Virus record (IMG/VR): IMGVR_UViG_3300001580_000006
Location: 128,001-192,000 of that record
DNA length: 64,000 bases
Source: a virus
Lineage: Duplodnaviria; Caudoviricetes
Strand: one strand, 5' to 3'
In this document: in pieces, positions 56,509 through 64,000 of the stretch
Position numbering within the stretch: position 1 is the stretch's first letter
Layout: each line of letters begins with the position of its first letter
Made by a program: the position numbers and the translations under genes
Notes under the pieces: generated by a model
Seen by the model: the letters and a program-made list of their open reading frames with translations, nothing else
The model's database searches: none
Told to the model about the DNA's origin: nothing

Positions 56509-56967
56509 TTAAGGGTCATATACGTTTATCTCCAACTCCGAGAGTTCTTGCTCTATTATTGGAAGGACTTCGTTCCTCCAATCTCCGCCGCCTAAGCCAC
56601 AACCTATTCGTGGCATATGAATTGACGCATTGTGCTTCTTTGCTTCTATAGCTACTTTCTTAAGGCACAAGGTCAAGGCTTGTAAATCCAGTGGGTGTCT
56701 GCAAGTGGCAGATCTGACACCGTGCTGAGCTATCATATTAACTACTGCTATACTACCGTCTACCGGTACTATCTGTATACTCCCAAGCACCCTCGCTTTG
56801 AGGGCTCTGTATTCAGCTTCCGGTTTGGACCATCGCTTTGAAACAGCTAACACAAAGCCAGATCCCCATAGCCCAGCATCATTACAGATGTGGGCTATGA
56901 AGGCAACTTCCCCAAGTTTTTTGACTGGGATGGGTCTGGTTGCGTCTCCTGAGATATAGTTGAGCAT
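56509..56967 (-). CDS. macro domain ADP-ribose-processing protein
   Basis: GDAT, HICND.G.WGSGF, NMIAQ, MPRIGCGLGGGDW. Confidence 0.9.
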   Translation of the reverse strand: MLNYISGDATRPIPVKKLGEVAFIAHICNDAGLWGSGFVLAVSKRWSKPEAEYRALKARVLGSIQIVPVDGSIAVVNMIAQHGVRSATCRHPLDLQALTLCLKKVAIEAKKHNASIHMPRIGCGLGGGDWRNEVLPIIEQELSELEINVYDP

Positions 56968-57362
56968 CCTTTCTCCAAGTTACAAGGTGCGCACATGGTC
57001 TGGGTGTTATGAAACGAGTCAGCTCCGCCTCTTGATAGAGGCACTATATGATCATGTGTTATAAGTACTTCGACACCATCAGGATCTACGGCGTATAGAT
57101 TTAGGTGGTGTGAGTCGTTCACCGACTTTATGTGCTTTTCTACTGCAAAGAACTCTCCAGTTCTTCCGCACACTTTGCAGGTTATGCCGTTTTCTTTAAA
57201 ACAGCGCAATCGTAAGCTGCTGGACTTTACTAACTTGCCTAGGACCATTATTTTGCCAGAACCAAGTAGTGGCAGTATTTCGTTTGTGCTAATGGTTCCA
57301 GCACGTACCATTTTACCAGCCTGTGGATTACGGCCATCTTTACGAAGTTCTTCTGGTGTCAT
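56895..57362 (-). CDS. HNH endonuclease domain protein
   Basis: CKVCG...THDHIVPLSRGG...NTQTMCAPCN..K. Confidence 0.85.
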   Translation of the reverse strand: MTPEELRKDGRNPQAGKMVRAGTISTNEILPLLGSGKIMVLGKLVKSSSLRLRCFKENGITCKVCGRTGEFFAVEKHIKSVNDSHHLNLYAVDPDGVEVLITHDHIVPLSRGGADSFHNTQTMCAPCNLEKGCSTISQETQPDPSQSKNLGKLPS

Positions 57363-57650
57363 TATTCCTTCACTGTAATGATAGCGTCAAACTGTGTGGG
57401 GTCAACTTCAAAGTACTCGCCGTCGACCTCGTTGCGTAGTGCTACTGGAATGGCTGTGTAGTCCAAAATGCAATTGTGTGGAATGTAGCCGCAGCCTTTT
57501 ACAAGCTCATTAATAGAGACGTCTATCGGCTCGTTGTTAACCAGCTGGTTGACTACGTAATTATCCACAAAGCGTCTTTTGTCATCAGCATCGTTTAGGA
57601 GAAAATGTACGAACTCCTTGCGTTTTATAATCAAGGTTGCCATAACTCTC

Positions 57651-58760
57651 CTATACTATTAGATAATCGGCTCTTATTGTTACTGTTACAGAGCCGTTCG
57701 ATATCGTTACGTTGGACTCTATATAGTCATTCTTATCCCACCAGGAGGCTATTTTCAGTTTTGCGTTGCCGTTTACGGCAACATACCCTTTAGCTCTCCA
57801 AGCAGGAATATGAGTTTTAGCGATAGACGTTGGGACGGTGCGGTAGAATACCCTACCATCGGCCAAGTCATTTGGCATGCCTGGCACTGGTGGTACGAAG
57901 TTAAGTTGGACATAACCAAACTTCCAACTAGGCTTGTTGCCTAACATTTTGCAGCTGTATCTGGCCTTGGACGAAGCGAAGTACCTAGACATCATGTCTA
58001 TGTAGTCTTCTTTTCTCAGGTTTGGGTAGTTTTTGCGATATCTGTCGAAGTAGTACTCGCGCTGTATCGATGGTATGGTACCACGCCAGCCTTGTGACGC
58101 AAGCATTTTATACGACAAAAGCTGTTCCCACGATCTTTCGTCTACTGTGGAGCTGTTGTTAAGATACTTGGCTATTAGCGGACGTACTGACTCAGCTCGC
58201 TCATTGTATTCCTCTATAGATACACCAAGTTCTGATTCTAGCACTCCACTTATATTGTGGTCCTTACCTAGTATAGTATATAGGTTCTTAAGATCGACTG
58301 AATATATATCTGAAAACCTTTTTGCTTCTAAGGTGTCGATAACATTGTTAGGATTGGTAAACAAATAGTAGCCACTAAGATCTTCTATTCGAGCTACTAT
58401 ATCTACCCCTGGTTTATAGTATTGCTTTATACGATTAGCTAAGCAGATCAGGGTTTTAATTCCTCCAACTTCTGCTAAGTCTACTGTCGAATCGTTGGTT
58501 GGTTTCTTAGAGCCCCATGGTATTAGTATAGGAATAGGCAGATTCTCGTATATATACTTCCGCAGTATTTCGCGGATAGCGACAGCCTTCTCAGGGCTAG
58601 GAGCAGGGCCCAACCTGGTTTGCCCTGTGCCTATAAGAGCAGAGAATACAGCCTCTAGCATATTCTCGTCCGAAGAGATAGCTAATGGGAATTCCTGTTC
58701 CAGCATCTGTACTATTAGGCTGCCGTATGGATTATCTGAGTCGTTTATCTTAATTATCAT
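57651..58760 (-). CDS. Dit1/PvcA (isonitrile synthase)-like protein
   Basis: PIPILIPWG.KK...DLAE...L..L...I...YKPG..I...ED and C-terminal PAW resemble Dit1/PvcA. Confidence 0.5.
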   Translation of the reverse strand: MIIKINDSDNPYGSLIVQMLEQEFPLAISSDENMLEAVFSALIGTGQTRLGPAPSPEKAVAIREILRKYIYENLPIPILIPWGSKKPTNDSTVDLAEVGGIKTLICLANRIKQYYKPGVDIVARIEDLSGYYLFTNPNNVIDTLEAKRFSDIYSVDLKNLYTILGKDHNISGVLESELGVSIEEYNERAESVRPLIAKYLNNSSTVDERSWEQLLSYKMLASQGWRGTIPSIQREYYFDRYRKNYPNLRKEDYIDMMSRYFASSKARYSCKMLGNKPSWKFGYVQLNFVPPVPGMPNDLADGRVFYRTVPTSIAKTHIPAWRAKGYVAVNGNAKLKIASWWDKNDYIESNVTISNGSVTVTIRADYLIV

Positions 58761-58780
58761 AGCTTTAATAAGTTATGTCC

Positions 58781-58814
58781 AAAACATGGACACGTAGTTA
58801 TAACGTGTCCATGT
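58781..58814 (-). terminator. intrinsic terminator
   Basis: ACATGGACACGT/ACGTGTCCATGT hairpin followed by a short T run on minus strand. Confidence 0.65.
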
Positions 58815-58837
58815 AAACTGCTAAACCAAGCTAAGAA

Positions 58838-58930
58838 CTAGTTCTTCTTCTTGGTAGTGGCCGGTTTTTTGGTGGCAGTCGCCTTCTTGGGGGCTGCCTT
58901 CGCCTTTTTGGCCGGAATGCCTCCGCACAT
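58838..58930 (-). CDS. 30-aa Lys/Ala-rich (histone H1-like) peptide (absent from ORF track)
   Basis: MCGGIPAKKAKAAPKKATATKKPATTKKKN; GAGGAG RBS. Confidence 0.7.
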   Translation of the reverse strand: MCGGIPAKKAKAAPKKATATKKPATTKKKN

Positions 58931-58990
58931 GGTGCTCCTCTTTGGTTGATTTTACGGTTGCCTGTCTATCTTACGATGGCCCGGGCCGCC

Positions 58991-59113
58991 CTACCGCGGC
59001 TTGGTAACGACGATGTTGATCTCGAAATGGTAGCCGTCCTGATCGACGTGCTGAGTAGGCAGGACTATCTTACCCGAATCCTGCTTCTCATCGTGCTCTC
59101 CGTGTCCGCACAT
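58991..59113 (-). CDS. 40-aa His/acid-rich peptide (absent from ORF track)
   Basis: MCGHGEHDEKQDSGKIVLPTQHVDQDGYHFEINIVVTKPR; AGGAGG RBS. Confidence 0.6.
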   Translation of the reverse strand: MCGHGEHDEKQDSGKIVLPTQHVDQDGYHFEINIVVTKPR

Positions 59114-59117
59114 AAGT

Positions 59118-59744
59118 CTACTTCCTCCTTTCTTTTAAATGTGTTAATAGATTTATTGCTGCACTGAACAGCATATCTCTTCCCGCTTTGTCTTTAGCAG
59201 TAGGGCCTACGATGGTAACACCGTAGTGCATAGACGGCCATCCGTCTCCTACCACCCTCATATTATGCATCAGCATAAATCCGTGGATGCTCTGCAACGT
59301 CGTCTCCTGACCGCCATTCCTGGCATAGCCACAGGCAATGCCCATGCCCAGCTTTCCGCTTAGTACGGGCGAATGTATTCGTAGGGATGCGGTTCGGTCC
59401 ATCAGTGCTTTCAGCTGTGATGTAACGTTGCCAAAATACACTGGTGAGGCGACGACAATGGCGTCTGCGTGAATCATCTCGTTGTATGTTGCATCCATGT
59501 CACGATGGATACAAATGCCAGCGCCATATGAATCCTGCCCTCTTGTGCAAGCCCAGCACCCAGTGCACGACTTTGGTACACCAAGTGCTAGGCTCACTTT
59601 GCTAGTTTCTACTGACTTAGCCTTAAACAGGACGGTGTCGTCGTCCGAACGTATTTCGGAACTGCATATCCGAAGGAACTCCGTTAGGGCGATGTCTGTA
59701 CTGCCGCCCGAGTGTGGACTGCCCATTATTCCCAGTATTTTCAA
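59118..59744 (-). CDS. iron-sulfur flavoprotein / multimeric flavodoxin
   Basis: GSP...G.T, CTGCWAC...C, ASPVYFG...QLKALMDR, RNGGQE. Confidence 0.88.
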   Translation of the reverse strand: MKILGIMGSPHSGGSTDIALTEFLRICSSEIRSDDDTVLFKAKSVETSKVSLALGVPKSCTGCWACTRGQDSYGAGICIHRDMDATYNEMIHADAIVVASPVYFGNVTSQLKALMDRTASLRIHSPVLSGKLGMGIACGYARNGGQETTLQSIHGFMLMHNMRVVGDGWPSMHYGVTIVGPTAKDKAGRDMLFSAAINLLTHLKERRK

Positions 59745-60043
59745 AGGATACCTCCAAAGATGAAGTTACTAGTGCTACTAAGGGGCAGTCTCTGGTACAA
59801 TTGAGACAATCAGAAGTACAGACTTGTTCCATTAGTCTCCTCTAGTAATTAAGATTTACATTGCTTCTCCGCCAGAATCTTTCCAGCCCTTTTTCTTTGA
59901 TTTTCTAGGTTCTTTTTGTTCACATTGAGGACATAAATCATTGTCGTCAAGATGTGTTACTTTGTATGTTTGTCCACAACTGCTGCATGTCGATTTAAGT
60001 ATTTGGAGCATCGTTTTCTCCTAAGAACATTCTTACCGTGTTT

Positions 60044-60418
60044 TGGTGGAGGCGGTGGGAATCGAACCCACGTCCAACACTGTTTCAAAACCAACATCTA
60101 CTACAATAGACTGTCGTGTATACGTACTTTCAGAGCAGACAGACAGACCCCATTAAGTACGGAGCAAGTACATTCAGCTACGGCAACCCTACTCAAACCT
60201 CCGTAGCTCGCCCTACCTAAATGATGGTTCTTTCAACTCTGATAGGGTAGAGTATCAGAACCAGGCTACTGGTTATTAAGCAGCAGCGCGGGCAGCCCAC
60301 ACCTGAGGGGCTGGGAATGCAATGTGTTTGGCATTTGCATGGTTTGGTGGTTTAACGAGCCTCGCCTTCTCGTGTAGCAGTCAGGATCTCCTCGATGCTG
60401 TCGAAACCTGTCGCCCCC
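60044..60418 (-). ncRNA. ssrA: tmRNA
   Basis: 5' GGGGGCG...TTCGAC; 3' GTGGGTTCGATTCCCAC-CGCCTCC-A-CCA with G3:U70; internal tag frame AKHIAFPAPQVWAARAAA followed by TAA TAA. Confidence 0.93.
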
Positions 60419-60928
60419 TTATATTACTAAGTGTTTTGCTACAGCCGGAAAATGTAGTTGAATTGCCTTTTTGAATTCCGGCCAAGGTCCTCTAAGTAGC
60501 CGTCCCTCGTTGATTAGTGCGCCAGCAAGAGAATCACAGAATGCCTCCTCTGCAGCAGCTGCGTTACTATTACACTTTCCGTGCCAATTGCTTATGTAAT
60601 AGCGTTCAACCTTCTTTCCTACACGGAAGCTAAGCTTTGCATCATTACATAGTACATGTCCTACTTCGTGGAAAGCTACGTACAAACGTAGGTAGGGGCT
60701 TATTGGAGCAGTCTGGATAAGCCGCCTTCTTACACATGTCCAGCCAGATGGCAGATGGTCATCTCCAATAGGATTAGCGTCCATACTTATTTCCAACTCG
60801 TGTAGTATATCGTCAAGAACTGAATATTTATCCTCCAGTTCTTTAGGAATGTTACCACCTAGTGTAGCATGCCATGGCAGCTTTGGCTCTTTACTGCCAT
60901 CGCATTCGTTGCAATTGTGTGTCTGCAT
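60419..60928 (-). CDS. ImmA/IrrE-like HExxH metallopeptidase domain protein
   Basis: AFHEVGH...EE..CD..AG.L. Confidence 0.6.
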   Translation of the reverse strand: MQTHNCNECDGSKEPKLPWHATLGGNIPKELEDKYSVLDDILHELEISMDANPIGDDHLPSGWTCVRRRLIQTAPISPYLRLYVAFHEVGHVLCNDAKLSFRVGKKVERYYISNWHGKCNSNAAAAEEAFCDSLAGALINEGRLLRGPWPEFKKAIQLHFPAVAKHLVI

Positions 60929-61190
60929 ATTCTCAACTACTATGTTACACGCTTTTTGTCGATTATGATGCTTTGGTTATTTCCAAAATATCTAAAGCTA
61001 TGTTGCTCAGGCTTGCTGACGATAAACTTACGAAATGGAAAGTCTTTGCTAAAGTCTGGCCCACCGTGCTTAACAATGAACGTTGTTAGCTTGTCTGGAG
61101 AGGAGAACAACTTATGCTGTGCATGATCTCCAGGCTTTGGCGCTGAACTTCCAGCAAGAAATTGTAGGGCATAGACGTGCATATTACCTC

Positions 61191-61961
61191 CTATTCTATG
61201 GCAACCCCCTGTTGACAGATGCCGGCAAAGCAGTTGTCCTTCACCTTTTGAGCTACTGACTCAATGTTGTCCTGGTAGTGGATGAGCCACATCTTCTTTC
61301 TGATGGGCTCTTCCAGGGTAGCCAACTCGTCGAGGTGGGCATGCACGCCGGACTTGAACGGGGAGGTTTCGCAGTCCTGGATGATAATGTCGGCCTGCTT
61401 GTAAAAATCCTTGATCTGATTGGGGTTGAACTGGGTGTCGGATGTATAGTAGATCAACGGAGCCGGAGAGGCCGACAGCTCCTTGATCATCAATCCGAAT
61501 GACGGAACGATGGCATAGCCGTTCATTATATGAACGGTTTGTACCACTGTCATTTGGATTCCTTCCCAGTTGAAGGCTTCGTTGTCGTCCAAATAATGAA
61601 CATCGAAGTAGTCGTTGAGGCCAACAGTTTTGCCTTGGATCGAGGACAGGCCGCCTGACCAGACGGAATCCCAGGCTTTGTGAAGAACGCTGCGGTGGCC
61701 ATAAAGGGCAATCTTTTGCTTGGAAGGGTCGAAGAAAGAGCAGAAAGCCAAATACTCCACTCCTCCTATATGGTCAGCGTGCAGGTGAGAGACATAGAGG
61801 GCATCTATATCCTTGTAGGACAGTCCTACTTCTTTCAAAGAGAAGCGGGTGTCCGAACCCGCGTCGATCAGAAGATTCTTCCCATTCTGTTGCAAAAGCA
61901 GGTTGGTTTGGAAGTTCTTCATAGCGAATGCTGATCCGGTGCCGATTGGGATAAGTTTCAT
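61191..61961 (-). CDS. metallo-beta-lactamase-fold hydrolase (RNase Z-like)
   Basis: GTGSAF, LIDAG, SHLHADHIGG, TSDT, HAH, LIHY. Confidence 0.85.
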   Translation of the reverse strand: MKLIPIGTGSAFAMKNFQTNLLLQQNGKNLLIDAGSDTRFSLKEVGLSYKDIDALYVSHLHADHIGGVEYLAFCSFFDPSKQKIALYGHRSVLHKAWDSVWSGGLSSIQGKTVGLNDYFDVHYLDDNEAFNWEGIQMTVVQTVHIMNGYAIVPSFGLMIKELSASPAPLIYYTSDTQFNPNQIKDFYKQADIIIQDCETSPFKSGVHAHLDELATLEEPIRKKMWLIHYQDNIESVAQKVKDNCFAGICQQGVAIE

Positions 61962-62355
61962 GTTGCTCCTCGGTCTTATTTTGGTGGGTAAATGACCATA
62001 ATTCCTTGGTCACTTACTGTCATACTATTCTTCCCAATATTTGCTATGACGTCCAGAGTACTAATATTCGATGAGCGTAGTAGGCACGATTTTGGCCTTC
62101 TTATCGAACTGCTTGATGTACTTCAGCAGCTGCTTCGGATCGGCTAACGCTCCGCTAGTGTTGGCCAAAACGTCCGTTGTGACCATCTCGGAGATCGAGG
62201 CGTTGTCGTTTGCCGTTGGATTCTCCATACGCATCTTCTTCAGAAGCGTAGCTTCTCGTGTGCTGGGAAGTTCGAACAGGGTGCCGGTTATTGGACCATT
62301 GTCTCCTTTGTTGTCCTCGTGACTGGCGATGAATAAAAACATGTTTCCTCCTAAA

Positions 62356-63510
62356 TTAGGTTGTTTGAAGATGTTTAGTGGTTTGCTCAGTTTCTACCTG
62401 TAGAGAGGTATTCCACTCAAATTTGCACGCAGTGCAGCGATGCTTTCCGGCTTTGTTTATGCTAATACGAGAAGGGTTGGCGCCGCATCTCTGGCAGCGC
62501 AGTGCTCTGCCAGTTCTGCTTCCCCTCTTTACGCCACTCTTACGCATGAGCGTTCCTAGCTCAAGTACTGATATTACGTTGTAACTATCTATTTGATATC
62601 TAGCAGTTACTAGAAAGTTTTCGCGTAGCCTCTTCTCGGTGCCTGCTCTAATAACCGTAAAGAAAACAACGCTAGGAAAGATTTTAAGCACTTCTTGTAG
62701 AGCGCGGCTACGGGCATGGTGTCCGCTAAGATTTTCGTATATGAACGGTTTTCTTAGCCCCGCTGCGTATAAGTGTTGACTGATGAGTGCCATAGCAGTC
62801 GGTGTTGACAAATCTGTTGGTATGTAGTGTATGTTGTTGTGGCCAAACTCATGTATGAGTTTATCCAACTCGCCTTGTGAGGCGTCATAGCAGTATATAG
62901 GTAGACGGTGCTCTTGTCCAATATGTAGGAGATCTCTTACGTCTTCTCTGTACTGCGCTCCCATTATCACAATACCATCCCATTGTTGACTATCTTGGTA
63001 GAATATGCGCGTTAGAATGCGACGCTTCTGAGTTTCATGCGTTGTTACAGTGTTACTAAAATGTCTGACGAGTGGAACCGTTGGTTCTGGACTGGGTACG
63101 GTAGACGCGGTGTTTTTACTAGCCCAGAGATTCTCTTGTCTGACAAGATCTAACAGAGCAGACGATGGTTTCTCTCTGCGCTGCTCCGCAATCTTAAGTA
63201 CGTCTTTTGGGAGAAAGATTCTATCGTGCCCCGTACCACACTTCGGTAAATATTTATGGGCCCACGATTTAAGTGTTCCGTGATTTATGCCAAGAAGGTC
63301 TGCAGCTTTCTTTGTATCGAGTAGAGGAACCTTGGAGAATATAGAGAACAGCTGGTCTTTGCTGTGTCTTACAACAACTCCTTCGTCGTTAGTAAGAGCA
63401 TACGATCCACGACAAAGCTTGAGTTCTTTACCACGGGGACCGTACATTGCTTTGCTTTCTGGATCAAAGACATATCGGCTAAGATTGTCTAGCCTGACTT
63501 CTTCATTCAT
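62356..63510 (-). CDS. multi-domain protein with HTH and C-terminal Zn ribbon
   Basis: TKKAADLLGINHGTLKSW...GHDRIF (MerR/excisionase-like HTH); CQRC...CTAC. Confidence 0.55.
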   Translation of the reverse strand: MNEEVRLDNLSRYVFDPESKAMYGPRGKELKLCRGSYALTNDEGVVVRHSKDQLFSIFSKVPLLDTKKAADLLGINHGTLKSWAHKYLPKCGTGHDRIFLPKDVLKIAEQRREKPSSALLDLVRQENLWASKNTASTVPSPEPTVPLVRHFSNTVTTHETQKRRILTRIFYQDSQQWDGIVIMGAQYREDVRDLLHIGQEHRLPIYCYDASQGELDKLIHEFGHNNIHYIPTDLSTPTAMALISQHLYAAGLRKPFIYENLSGHHARSRALQEVLKIFPSVVFFTVIRAGTEKRLRENFLVTARYQIDSYNVISVLELGTLMRKSGVKRGSRTGRALRCQRCGANPSRISINKAGKHRCTACKFEWNTSLQVETEQTTKHLQTT

Positions 63511-63549
63511 AAGTACACTGTCTTCATTGTAAATTAAATGTGGAACGCT

Positions 63550-63996
63550 TTAGCGTGGTATTGTTCTAAGCTCGGTTCTAACACGCATTAATATTTTGCC
63601 GAGCTGATTCTGCTTGGGCAAGCCGTCGCACTTTGAGCATAGGCACGCGCCCCAGAAGTTATCGTGCCAGGTGTTGCCCTCAACCAGTTCTTTGTCGCCG
63701 GTGTCCAATAGGGTTTGGAGCATGAGCGGGTTCCGCTCGAACTTCTGTTTGACTAGCTCATACATGATCTCGACTCTTACTTCTAGCCAGTCAGAGCGCA
63801 TTGTAACAAGCCTTCCGGCTCTCTTAGCGTCTCCGGCCGATCTGCAGAGGCGGATCTTGTTTCGCTCTTCCGGGTCTAAAGTCTTGGCGGCTTGGAAAGC
63901 GTGTTCGACTGAGGGATACATTATGCCATCGAACGGAACCCACGCCGAAATGAAATTGGACAGGCACATGTAGTTGCCACGGAAGTCATTTATCAT
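63550..63996 (-). CDS. NADAR (YbiA-like) family protein
   Basis: LSNF, YPSVEHAFQAAK, AKR.GR, KF, L..TG..ELVE, D.FWG, N.LG.ILM.VR. Confidence 0.93.
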   Translation of the reverse strand: MINDFRGNYMCLSNFISAWVPFDGIMYPSVEHAFQAAKTLDPEERNKIRLCRSAGDAKRAGRLVTMRSDWLEVRVEIMYELVKQKFERNPLMLQTLLDTGDKELVEGNTWHDNFWGACLCSKCDGLPKQNQLGKILMRVRTELRTIPR

Positions 63997-64000
63997 AGAT

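Noticed and set aside
55641-56519. SLT plus small membrane protein as a lysis cassette
   Set aside because: No recognisable holin or spanin features, and the context is non-structural; evidence is insufficient.
324-63973. The many plus-strand ORFs in the track (e.g. 2998..3621, 5882..6313, 49779..50288)
   Set aside because: They are antisense shadows of well-supported minus-strand genes and show no recognisable motifs. Only 19548..20111 is accepted.
1-64000. CRISPR array, rRNA, IS/transposase, stop-codon reassignment
   Set aside because: No regularly spaced direct repeats, rRNA or transposase motifs were seen. Conserved genes are intact in code 11 and all three stop codons are used.

Overview
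This 64 kb window looks like the accessory/host-takeover region of a large (jumbo-type) bacteriophage. Nearly every real gene is on the minus strand, genes are short and often overlap at start/stop codons, the genetic code is standard, and no virion structural genes are visible. Recognisable content: recombination and repair (Rad52/Sak-like protein, RecA, ATP-dependent DNA ligase); a partial Clp AAA+ ATPase; NAD salvage and ADP-ribose enzymes (PncA, PncB, NadD, NUDIX, macro, NADAR); and a large RNA-repair/tRNA toolkit (Ro60/TROVE, RtcB, RNA ligase, CCA-adding enzyme, Thg1, RlaP-like nucleotidyltransferase, MBL hydrolase) with tRNA-fMet, tRNA-Pro and a tmRNA. Four observations stand out. (1) Two CCA-ending tRNA genes (25.5 and 25.9 kb) are each interrupted at the same position (29/30) by a 55-57 nt module. 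That module is a circular permutation of two Y-RNA-like stems upstream of the Ro60/TROVE gene, and deleting it in silico restores canonical 76/77-nt cloverleaves. (2) There are two ubiquitin-like conjugation operons: E2-JAB-E1-Ubl, and radical SAM-JAB-E1-six tandem MPN-like paralogs-Ubl ending GG-R. (3) Eight otherwise dissimilar proteins share an N-terminal MK.R..FVSNSSS.SF tag. (4) Several further unannotated structured RNAs are present. All calls come from reading motifs and base pairing by eye; no database searches or folding programs were run.
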